DNA of 51,481 nucleotides from a virus (taxonomy: Duplodnaviria > Caudoviricetes): positions 1 to 51,481 of the IMG/VR virus record IMGVR_UViG_3300031259_000021; one strand, 5' to 3'. Within the stretch, counting starts at the first letter, position 1; each line of letters begins with the position of its first letter. Below, piece after piece: positions 1-7,777 of the stretch. Position numbers and translations under genes: made by a program. Under the pieces are notes generated by a model that made no database searches, was not told the origin of the DNA, and saw nothing but the letters and a program-made list of their open reading frames with translations.

Positions 1-103
1 GCGGAAGTTCGAAACCTTGGAGCGCAAGACGAAGGGCTTGCCCGAGCCGGCCGCCGATCCGGAGCTCGAGGACGAGTGCCCCTATCCCCCGGAGGTGGCG
101 TGA
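1..103 (+). CDS. 3' end of ParB-like protein, divergent allele of 42650-43726 (partial)
   Basis: Frame 2 reads RKFETLERKTKGLPEPAADPELEDECPYPPEVA*, homologous to RKFEALERKTKGTPEPVADPEIEFDECPYPPVEV. Confidence 0.85.
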   Translation, partial: RKFETLERKTKGLPEPAADPELEDECPYPPEVA

Positions 104-1710
104 TGTTCGGAGGCGAATTCCCACCCCCCCGCGATTTCCAGGAGAAGACGCTGGAGGCCCTGCGCGAGGGCATCCGGCTGGGCCACCGCCGGCAGTGCGT
201 CATGGCGCCCACCGGCGGCGGCAAGACCTACATCGCCATGCGGCTGGTCAAGAAGACCACCGACAACGACCGGCGGGCCTTGTTCGCGGCCGATCGGATC
301 ACGCTTATCAACCAGACCTCGGAGACGGCGGAGCGCTACGGGCTTTGGAACCACGGCATCATCCAGGCCAACAACCCGCGCATGGACCTGTCCCGGCCCT
401 TTCAGATCGGCAGCCTCCAGACCATGCAGAGCCGCGGCTGGCCGCAGGACCTCGACCTGGTGATCGTGGACGAGTGCCACTCCCTGATGAAGACCTGGGT
501 GGACTATGCGACCCAGGATTACACCTCCTGCCCGCGCTGCAAGTCCGGGCTGATCGTGGACCCGGCCCGGCCCGAGTTCCCCCGCTGTGAGTCGGCGAGG
601 TGCGGCTGGCGCGCCCCCATCGTCGTCGGGCTCAGTGCCACCCCCTTCTCGAAGGGCCTGGGCAAGGTCTTCACGAACCTGGTCAACGCCGCCACCATGG
701 CCGAGTTGACCGAGCTGAGGATCCTCGTTCCCATGCGCCTGTTCTCCTGCCGGAAGCCGGACATGTCCGGGGCCGCCACGGTGGGCGGCGTCAACGGGGA
801 GTGGACCGCCGAGGCCGCCAGCGACCGGGAGATCGCCATCGTGGGCGACGTGGTCACCGAGTGGACCCGCCACGCCTTCGGCCTGAAGACCATCGTCTTC
901 GGCGCCACGATCGTGCACTGCGAGGAGCTGTGCAAGCAGTTCCGGGAGTGCGGCGTTCAGGCGGCCGTCTTCACCGCGAACACCACGGACGAGGAGCGGG
1001 CGGTGCTGCTGGAGGAATACCGGCGCCACGACTCCAGCCTGCGCGTGCTGATCAGCGTGGAGGCCCTGGCCAAGGGCTTCGATGTGCCCGACGTGGAGTG
1101 CGTGTGCGACTGCCGGCCCTTGCGCCGGTCCCTGTCCACCGCCATCCAGATGTGGGGCCGCGGCCTCCGCGCCTCCAAGGAGACTGGGAAGACCGAGTGC
1201 CTGCTGCTGGACTTCAGCGGCAACATCATCCGGTTCATGGCCGACTACGAGCGGATCTTCTTCGAGGGCCTGGACAAGCTGGATGATGGGGAGAAGCTCG
1301 ACAAGGAGGTCCGGAAGGACGAGGAGGAGTCCCACGAGCCCAAGGCCTGCCCGAAGTGCGGGTACACCCCGTTCGTGAAGAAGTGCATGCACTGCGGGCA
1401 CGAGGTCAAACCCGTGTGCCTGGTGGAGAGCCTGCCGGGCCATATGGAGGAGGTCATCCTCTGCGGCAAGAAGAAGCTGGCCAACGACAAGATGGACCTG
1501 TGGACCCAGGTGGCCACCTACGCCCGGCAGCGGGCCAAGCCCGGGGGCAATCCGGCGGGCAGGGCCGCCCACCTGTTCAAGGACATCACCGGGGATTGGC
1601 CGCCGCGCGGCTGCAAGTTTGAGACCACGCCCTTCGTGGAGCCCACCCGGAACACCCTCGACAAGATCCGGTCCCTGTCCATCGCCTTCGCGCACAGGAG
1701 GGCGTCGTGA
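103..1710 (+). CDS. SF2 DEAD/DEAH-box helicase, allele A, with extra Cys4 insert
   Basis: PTGGGKT, DECH, LSAT, KGFD and QMWGRGLR motifs; C-terminal CPKC..CMHC; ATG at 103 overlaps the upstream TGA. Confidence 0.92.
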   Translation: MFGGEFPPPRDFQEKTLEALREGIRLGHRRQCVMAPTGGGKTYIAMRLVKKTTDNDRRALFAADRITLINQTSETAERYGLWNHGIIQANNPRMDLSRPFQIGSLQTMQSRGWPQDLDLVIVDECHSLMKTWVDYATQDYTSCPRCKSGLIVDPARPEFPRCESARCGWRAPIVVGLSATPFSKGLGKVFTNLVNAATMAELTELRILVPMRLFSCRKPDMSGAATVGGVNGEWTAEAASDREIAIVGDVVTEWTRHAFGLKTIVFGATIVHCEELCKQFRECGVQAAVFTANTTDEERAVLLEEYRRHDSSLRVLISVEALAKGFDVPDVECVCDCRPLRRSLSTAIQMWGRGLRASKETGKTECLLLDFSGNIIRFMADYERIFFEGLDKLDDGEKLDKEVRKDEEESHEPKACPKCGYTPFVKKCMHCGHEVKPVCLVESLPGHMEEVILCGKKKLANDKMDLWTQVATYARQRAKPGGNPAGRAAHLFKDITGDWPPRGCKFETTPFVEPTRNTLDKIRSLSIAFAHRRAS

Positions 1711-2642
1711 TCCCCCTCGAAAAGACGACAGCCGCAGCCCAGGGCCGCTGGCGGGACATCCTGCTGCACTTCGGCGTGGAGGCCCGATACCTCGAGGACC
1801 GGCACGGGCCCTGCCCGCTCTGCAGGGATGGTGAGGACAGGTTCCGCTGGGACAACACCGAAGGCAACGGCGGGTACTACTGCTCGGCCTGCGGGCCCGG
1901 CTCCGGCATGCACCTGCTCATGGTTCTGAAGGGCTGGGATTTCCCCCGGGCGGCCCGGGAGGTGGACGCCTTCCTGCCGAACGCCAAGGCGGAGCAGGTC
2001 CGGGCCGTGCGCAGCGAGGAGTCCAAGCGGGACTACATGCGGCGGATGTACACCGAGTCCCGCCCGGTGACGCCCGGGGACCCCGTGGGCCTCTACCTGG
2101 CCCGGCGGTGCGGCGACGTGGCGCAGCTGCTCGACGACATCCGGTATCACCCGGGTCTGAAGCACAGCATCGACGGCCAGGTCCACCCGGCCATGCTCGC
2201 CTTCATGGGCTGGGACCCGGTGAAGCGGAAGTTCTCCGGGATCCACCGGACCTACCTCACCACCGACGGCCGAAAGGCCGCGGTCGATCCTGTCCGGATG
2301 GAGTACGGCCCGTCCGGACCCGTGCGCCTCGGGCCGCCCGGCCCGGTCATGGGCATTGCCGAGGGCATCGAGACGGCCCTGTGCGCCCACGCGCTGTTCG
2401 GCCTGCCGGTCTGGTCCGGCATCTGCGCGAACGGGCTGAAGGCCTGGATGCCTCCGGAGGGTGTGCACCAGGTCGTCATCTTCGGCGACAACGACCCCAA
2501 CTTCGTCGGGCCGGCCGCCGCGTTCGAGAAGGCCCGGGCCTTGGCCGCCAAGGGCTACGAGGTGCAGGTCCAGATCCCCCCCATCGTGGGGCAGGACTGG
2601 GCGGATGTGTGGGCGGCAACACCGCGCACGGAGGTGGCCTGA
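1707..2642 (+). CDS. Primase (N-terminal Zn-binding domain + TOPRIM), allele A
   Basis: HGPCPLC..DRF..YCSAC zinc domain; IAEGIETAL, FGDND and DWAD TOPRIM motifs. Confidence 0.88.
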   Translation: MIPLEKTTAAAQGRWRDILLHFGVEARYLEDRHGPCPLCRDGEDRFRWDNTEGNGGYYCSACGPGSGMHLLMVLKGWDFPRAAREVDAFLPNAKAEQVRAVRSEESKRDYMRRMYTESRPVTPGDPVGLYLARRCGDVAQLLDDIRYHPGLKHSIDGQVHPAMLAFMGWDPVKRKFSGIHRTYLTTDGRKAAVDPVRMEYGPSGPVRLGPPGPVMGIAEGIETALCAHALFGLPVWSGICANGLKAWMPPEGVHQVVIFGDNDPNFVGPAAAFEKARALAAKGYEVQVQIPPIVGQDWADVWAATPRTEVA

Positions 2643-3022
2643 TGTCAGGCGGGTATTCCAAACTCTTTTCGGGCATCCTCACCAGCTCCATCTGGTGCGA
2701 GCCGGACCACGTCCTCCGCGTCTGGATCGCCATGCTGGCCCACTGCGACGCGGACGGCTACGTCCCGGGGTCGGTCCCGGGGTTCGCGTCCATGGCCCGC
2801 GTGGGCCTCCCGGAGATGCGCGAGGCTATCGCCAAGCTGGGAGCTCCCGACCCCGACAGCCGCAACCAGGACAACGAGGGCCGGCGCATCGAGACCGTGG
2901 AGGGCGGGTGGCAGATCCTCAACTATCCGATCTACCGGAACATGTGCCAGGACAAGCCCGGATCTAAGGCCAAGGCGATGCGGAAATCGAGGGCCAAAAA
3001 CAAGGGCGCTGACCCTGGGTAA
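2642..3022 (+). CDS. Phage replication initiator-like N-terminal domain, possibly truncated
   Basis: MSGGYSKLFSGILTSSIW..GW.ILNY..Y resembles phage initiator N-termini; followed directly by GTAAC repeats. Confidence 0.55.
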   Translation: MSGGYSKLFSGILTSSIWCEPDHVLRVWIAMLAHCDADGYVPGSVPGFASMARVGLPEMREAIAKLGAPDPDSRNQDNEGRRIETVEGGWQILNYPIYRNMCQDKPGSKAKAMRKSRAKNKGADPG

Positions 3023-3082
3023 CACGTTGCAAAACCGGTAACGCGTTACCTCTCGTGGTAACGCCAGGTAACACCGAGTAAC
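3018..3082. repeat. GTAAC iteron cluster, candidate replication origin
   Basis: GTAAC at 3019, 3038, 3058, 3068, 3078; perfect palindrome GGTAACGCGTTACC at 3037-3050. Confidence 0.6.
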
Positions 3083-3190
3083 GCCTGCCTCTGCTTCTGC
3101 TTCTGCCTTTGTTTCTTTTCCTGGGCCACCAGAAAAACAGGAACACGTACAGCATCCCCACCCCCCTGCACCCCCGCGAAAGGCCACCCC

Positions 3191-3544
3191 ATGAACACCA
3201 CCTCCCCCACGCTGGCCCAGGAATCCCTCACGATCATCCACCACCAGCCCACGAGGTGCTTCTTCCTCCTGAGCACCCAGCCGATCGGCTACGGCGCGCA
3301 GCGCCTGGTGCAGCAGGAGACGATCATCCCCTTCGGCTCTTTCTCTTCCCGCCCGGATCCCATCCGCCGGGCCTGGCTGTTCGTGGAGGCGAACCGCGCG
3401 ATGCACCCGCGCCCCGAACCCCCCGCGCCCCCGCCCACCCGGCCCCAGGTACTGCGGAGTGCCCTGACCCGGTGCATCGGCTGGCTGGTCCCCCGGACCC
3501 CCGCCTCTGCGCGCGAGAACGTGTCTCATCGGGTGCCCCGGTGA
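3191..3544 (+). CDS. Hypothetical protein
   Basis: ATG start; GTGA overlap with the next gene. Confidence 0.6.
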   Translation: MNTTSPTLAQESLTIIHHQPTRCFFLLSTQPIGYGAQRLVQQETIIPFGSFSSRPDPIRRAWLFVEANRAMHPRPEPPAPPPTRPQVLRSALTRCIGWLVPRTPASARENVSHRVPR

Positions 3545-3969
3545 AGCCCGAAGTGTTCGTCCTCCGGGATGACGACGACGCCGCCTCCCTCTACGCCTTC
3601 CTGAAGCTCAACCGGCGGCAGCAGGCTACCCTCGGCAAGCCGCTCTCTGTTGTCGTCTCCCTCGAGAAGACCAAGCGCAGCATCGCCGCCAACGCCTACT
3701 ACTGGGGCGTGGTCCTGAAGCAGATCGCGGAGCAGGTGTGGGTCGAGGGCACCCGCCAATACGCTCCCAAGGTCTGGCATGAGGAGTTCAAGGACCGGTT
3801 CGCGCCACGGATCGATCACCCCCTCGGCGGCAGCTACCCCATGAGCACCACGGACATGGACGACGAGCAGTTCCAGACCTTCGTCCACGAGGTGGAGGTC
3901 TTCGCGGCCCAGGAGCTGCAGGTGCGGTTCGTGGACAGCCGGGCGGTGGCGCCAGGGTGGGCGGCCTGA
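3541..3969 (+). CDS. ninB: NinB/Orf-family recombination protein
   Basis: KRSIAANAYYWG and STTDM..F..F motifs; GTG start coupled to the upstream stop. Confidence 0.7.
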   Translation: MKPEVFVLRDDDDAASLYAFLKLNRRQQATLGKPLSVVVSLEKTKRSIAANAYYWGVVLKQIAEQVWVEGTRQYAPKVWHEEFKDRFAPRIDHPLGGSYPMSTTDMDDEQFQTFVHEVEVFAAQELQVRFVDSRAVAPGWAA

Positions 3970-4508
3970 TGGGGAGGAAGTCGAAGCTCACTGAGGACCA
4001 GAAGGCCGACGTCCAGCGAAGGATGGCCGCCGGGGAATCCTGCCGCGCTCTCGCCCGGGAATTCGGGATGGCGGAGTCGAGCCTGCGAGCTTACTTTTCT
4101 GCGCGCGTGGCAAAAATCCAAACCACTGCAAAAAGGCTAGCTACGGTTGAGGATGAAGTTGCTGCGCTGCCTGTATCCGCGCAATTGACGGTGCGCGACC
4201 TCGCCGCGAACATGCGCACCACCGCCGCGAACCTGGCCGCCGTCACTGCCCTGAACACCCGGACCGCCCACCGCCTGGCAAAGCTGGCCGACAAGACCAT
4301 GGATCGGCTGGAGGATCCCGAGGTCAAGGCGGAGCGCAGGGAGGTGGAGCTGCTCAATCTCGCCACCTACGGCTCCCTCTCGCACAACCTCAGCCGGGTG
4401 GGCGTGTCCCTGGTCACCGCTGGCCACCCGCTGAAGCCAGACGAAGAGACCGGGCCGAACCTGGACGGCGCCATGGATGACCTGCGCCGCCGCTTGGGGA
4501 TGGCATGA
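3969..4508 (+). CDS. Putative terminase small subunit (N-terminal HTH)
   Basis: MGRKSKLT..GESCRALAREFG HTH; immediately upstream of and overlapping TerL. Confidence 0.65.
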   Translation: MGRKSKLTEDQKADVQRRMAAGESCRALAREFGMAESSLRAYFSARVAKIQTTAKRLATVEDEVAALPVSAQLTVRDLAANMRTTAANLAAVTALNTRTAHRLAKLADKTMDRLEDPEVKAERREVELLNLATYGSLSHNLSRVGVSLVTAGHPLKPDEETGPNLDGAMDDLRRRLGMA

Positions 4509-5830
4509 CGTCGATGGCCGAAGCGTTCCTGCAGCTGCCTGCCGCCGAGCAGGAGGCATACCTCGCGCGCATGGGCCCGGCCCTGCGCTACCGGTGGGAC
4601 TTCTGGTCGCGCCCTGAGCAGCTGGCCCCGGCCGGCGACTGGGTCTGGTGGCTGATCAAGGCGGGCCGTGGCTGGGGCAAGACCCGCACCGGCGCCGAAT
4701 GGGTGCGCGGCGAGGTTGAGGCCGGCCGGCGTGGGCGGTTCGCCCTGGTTGCCCGCACCGCGGCCGATGCCCGCGACGTGATGGTCGAAGGCGAGTCCGG
4801 GCTGCTGGCTATCTGCCCGCCCTGGCAAAGGCCCAATTACGAGCCCAGCAAGCGACGCATTACCTGGCCGAATGGGGCGCTGGCGACCGTGTACAGCGCC
4901 GACGAGCCGGACCTGCTGCGCGGCCCCCAGCACGACGGCGCCTGGGTGGATGAGCTGGCCTCCTGGCGCTTCCCCGACGCTTGGGACCAGCTGCAGTTCG
5001 GCCTGCGCCTGGGCGACCACCCGCGCGGGGTGATCACCACCACGCCTCGGCCCACGAAGCTGATCCGGGAGATTGCGGCCGCGAAGACCACGACCATCAC
5101 GAACGGCCGGAGCCTGGACAACAAGGCCAACCTGGCGCCCGAGTTCTTCACCTTCATCGTGAACAAGTACGCCGGGACCCGCCTGGGCCGCCAGGAGCTG
5201 GAGGGCGAGATCCTGGAGGACAACCCGGGCGCCCTGTGGCACCGGGGCAACTTCGACACCAACCGGGTCACCAAGATGCCCGAGCTGCGCCGCATCGTGG
5301 TGGCCGCCGACCCGGCCGTCACCTCGAACGCGGACAGCGACGAGACCGGCATCATCGTGGCCGGCCTGGGCGCCGAGAACCCGCCGCACTTCTACGTGTT
5401 GGATGACCTGAGCCTGTCGGCCTCGCCCGACGGCTGGGCCCGGGTGCTGGTGATGGCCTATCTGCGCCAGAAGGCGGACCGCATCATCGGCGAGGTGAAC
5501 AACGGCGGCGACCTCATCGAGACGATCATCCGCCATGTGGAGATCGACGGCAAGAAGGCGGGCCTGAACGCCAGCTACAAGGCCGTGCACGCCTCCCGGG
5601 GCAAGGCCATCCGCGCCGAGCCCATCTCCGCCCTGTACGAGCAGAACCGGGTGCACCACGTGGGCGCCTTCCCGGTGTTGGAGGACCAGCTTTGCGACTG
5701 GGACCCCGCCACCAGCACCGACAGCCCCGACCGCCTCGACGCCCTGGTCTGGGCCCTGACCGAACTGTCCGGCGACTCAACCGGGCCCATCAAGATCAAC
5801 GCTGGCCTGCTGGGAAGGATGCGCCGATGA
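4505..5830 (+). CDS. terL: Terminase large subunit
   Basis: AGRGWGKTR Walker A, LRGPQ, WVDE Walker B, TTTP, AADPA and DRLDALVWA nuclease motifs. Confidence 0.95.
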   Translation: MTSMAEAFLQLPAAEQEAYLARMGPALRYRWDFWSRPEQLAPAGDWVWWLIKAGRGWGKTRTGAEWVRGEVEAGRRGRFALVARTAADARDVMVEGESGLLAICPPWQRPNYEPSKRRITWPNGALATVYSADEPDLLRGPQHDGAWVDELASWRFPDAWDQLQFGLRLGDHPRGVITTTPRPTKLIREIAAAKTTTITNGRSLDNKANLAPEFFTFIVNKYAGTRLGRQELEGEILEDNPGALWHRGNFDTNRVTKMPELRRIVVAADPAVTSNADSDETGIIVAGLGAENPPHFYVLDDLSLSASPDGWARVLVMAYLRQKADRIIGEVNNGGDLIETIIRHVEIDGKKAGLNASYKAVHASRGKAIRAEPISALYEQNRVHHVGAFPVLEDQLCDWDPATSTDSPDRLDALVWALTELSGDSTGPIKINAGLLGRMRR

Positions 5831-6018
5831 AGAACCTGCTGCAGACCTGGGAGATGGAGCCCGGCCCGGGCGGCGTGCCGGTGGTGCCCGCCGCGGTAGA
5901 CCACGACCGCCGCCTGCTGCCCCTCCTGGACGCCTATGGCAACCACATTCCCGACAAACGGCCGCGGGCCGGGTTCGGGGCTCACCTTTACGACCACGAA
6001 GGAAGGATGCGCCGATGA
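5827..6018 (+). CDS. Small hypothetical protein flanked by 18-bp direct repeats
   Basis: ATGA overlaps at both ends; MKNLLQTW...GRMRR. Confidence 0.55.
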   Translation: MKNLLQTWEMEPGPGGVPVVPAAVDHDRRLLPLLDAYGNHIPDKRPRAGFGAHLYDHEGRMRR

Positions 6019-6416
6019 CCAGATTCCAGCACGTTCCCCATCCCCACATCGAAGCACGGAAGGACCAGGCGCCGCCCCCACTGCTCCCCCGCCACCGCCT
6101 TGATCGGATCAACGACACCCTGGCCGTGCGCATCACCAACGCGGTGGGCTCCATGTGGTGCGCCTACGCCTTCGGCCTCCTGGCCCTGGTCAGCCTGCCT
6201 GACGCCATCAAGGGCGGCACCGCGGCGCTCATCGCCTGGATCGCCCAGACGTTCCTGCAGCTGGTGCTTCTGTCCATCATCCTGGTGGGCCAGAAGGTGG
6301 CCGGCGCCGCCTCCGACGCCCAGGCCGCCGCCACCTACCGGGATACCGAGGCCATCCTGCACGAGCTGCTGGAGTTGCAGCGCCACCTGCACGCCCAGGA
6401 CGGGGAGGGCGAATGA
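6015..6416 (+). CDS. DUF1003-like two-TM membrane protein
   Basis: LAVRIT..VGSMW and LQLVLLSIILVGQ motifs; two hydrophobic segments. Confidence 0.6.
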   Translation: MTRFQHVPHPHIEARKDQAPPPLLPRHRLDRINDTLAVRITNAVGSMWCAYAFGLLALVSLPDAIKGGTAALIAWIAQTFLQLVLLSIILVGQKVAGAASDAQAAATYRDTEAILHELLELQRHLHAQDGEGE

Positions 6417-6601
6417 CCGACAAGAACTGGATCAGCACCGGCAAGGCCAACAAGATCTTCAACCAGGGCATCGATGACCGCACCTTCCGCGACAACTTCC
6501 GCGACTGCGTGCAGAACCACCTCACCCCGGGCGGACAGTTCCGCTGGTTCCGGCCCGAGGTCGAGCAGCTGCGCGACGCGCCCAAGGACAAGGCGAGCTG
6601 A
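6413..6601 (+). CDS. Small Xis/MerR-like DNA-binding protein
   Basis: WISTGKA..TPGGQFRW..EVEQL winged-HTH pattern. Confidence 0.55.
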   Translation: MTDKNWISTGKANKIFNQGIDDRTFRDNFRDCVQNHLTPGGQFRWFRPEVEQLRDAPKDKAS

Positions 6602-6640
6602 AACACGGAAAAGGCGGAAAACCAGGAAAACACGGAAGTA
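6602..6640 (+). promoter_or_regulatory. Four 9-bp-period GGAAA repeats upstream of the lysis/structural operon
   Basis: GGAAA at 6607, 6616, 6625 and GGAAG at 6634, in an intergenic gap. Confidence 0.5.
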
Positions 6641-6694
6641 ACATCCTGGATGCCTTCATGCGCGGGCGTGAGTCTTGGGTCATCCGAGGTTCAG

Positions 6695-7219
6695 ATGGCC
6701 GAGTTCATGCGCGCGTTGCCCTACGTGCTCGACAATGAGGGAGCCAATCTGCCTCACGGCGGAAAGTGCGACATCCCCGGCGATTCCGGCGGCCGCACGA
6801 ACTGTGGCGTCAGCACCCCAGCCCTTCTGGATTTCAACCGCCGGCATCCCGAGCTGGGGTTCCCCGATGACCCTTGGGCGCTGACGCCCGACCAGATCGC
6901 CACGTTCTACCATATGGACTTCTGGGGCTACGACGGCATCGCCGCCCAGCCCATTGCCACGAAGCTCATGGACATGGGCGTGAACATGGGCCGCGGCACG
7001 GCTGTGGAACTGGCGCAGAAAATCCTGGGCGTAACCGTTGACGGTGGATGGGGCCCTGCCTCTCAGGCGGCCGCCAACGCCCAGGATCCAGACGCGTTGC
7101 TTGACCACCTGGCCCAGGCCTCCACCGACCACTACAACGCCATCGTCGCCCGCAAGCCGGCGGACGCGAAGTTCCTGCCTGACTGGCTCCGGCGCGCCGC
7201 CAGGGTGCCGAATGCCTGA
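6695..7219 (+). CDS. Endolysin, glycoside hydrolase 108 family with peptidoglycan-binding C-terminus
   Basis: F..ALPYVL.NEG, D.GGRTNCGV, DMGVNMG, VDG..GP and KFLPDWLRR motifs. Confidence 0.88.
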   Translation: MAEFMRALPYVLDNEGANLPHGGKCDIPGDSGGRTNCGVSTPALLDFNRRHPELGFPDDPWALTPDQIATFYHMDFWGYDGIAAQPIATKLMDMGVNMGRGTAVELAQKILGVTVDGGWGPASQAAANAQDPDALLDHLAQASTDHYNAIVARKPADAKFLPDWLRRAARVPNA

Positions 7220-7544
7220 CGCATGTGCGACCCCGGAGACCCTTACGACGAGCGCCCCTACGACTGGCCGTACTGGCCTGTTCCGGGATCTGGTCAGGCG
7301 GGACCGGCCGGAGAGCCCCGAAGCGTTCGTGCTGATGGGCACGACCGGCTTCCTGGGCTCTGGATTCCTGATGATGGCCTTTGCGGCCGCTCGTCGGATC
7401 TGGATCAAGGGTGACCTGGGCGCCGGAGCCATGAGCGCAATTACCGCCACAGCCGCCTCGCTGGCACTGCTGATCGCCTACGTCAAGGGCCGGCGCCGGC
7501 CGGACGACGTTTCCCCTTCCACCCCATTCCAGGAGCCCCAGTGA
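7212..7544 (+). CDS. Holin candidate (2 TM)
   Basis: Two hydrophobic helices and a basic C-terminus; overlaps the endolysin end. Confidence 0.5.
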   Translation: MPDACATPETLTTSAPTTGRTGLFRDLVRRDRPESPEAFVLMGTTGFLGSGFLMMAFAAARRIWIKGDLGAGAMSAITATAASLALLIAYVKGRRRPDDVSPSTPFQEPQ

Positions 7545-7777
7545 AAACTCTTGAGCAGTACCTCCTCGACGCGGCCGACACCACCACGACCATGCACATG
7601 CTGGTCATGAAGCCCCGGGCCACTTCCACGGCGCCGGACGGCACGGTGACGCAGGCGCCGGTTTGTTTCTACATCCACCCCTCGGGCGTCGACGGCGAGA
7701 CCCTGGACTTCGCGGTGGACGGGAACACCCTGTCCCAGGATCCCAGCGTGACCTACGCCGAGGAACCGGCCCAGTGA
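7541..7777 (+). CDS. Hypothetical protein
   Basis: AGGAG RBS, GTG start, coupled on both sides. Confidence 0.65.
   Translation: MKTLEQYLLDAADTTTTMHMLVMKPRATSTAPDGTVTQAPVCFYIHPSGVDGETLDFAVDGNTLSQDPSVTYAEEPAQ

Noticed and set aside
92-105. Repeated GAGGTGGCNTGATG gene-junction motif as a recombination site
   Set aside because: Explained by SD plus overlapping stop/start in coupled genes; common in this genome
517-615. Intein or intron in the helicase
   Set aside because: Only 29 aa, in frame, with no intein terminal residues (C/S..HN) or intron structure
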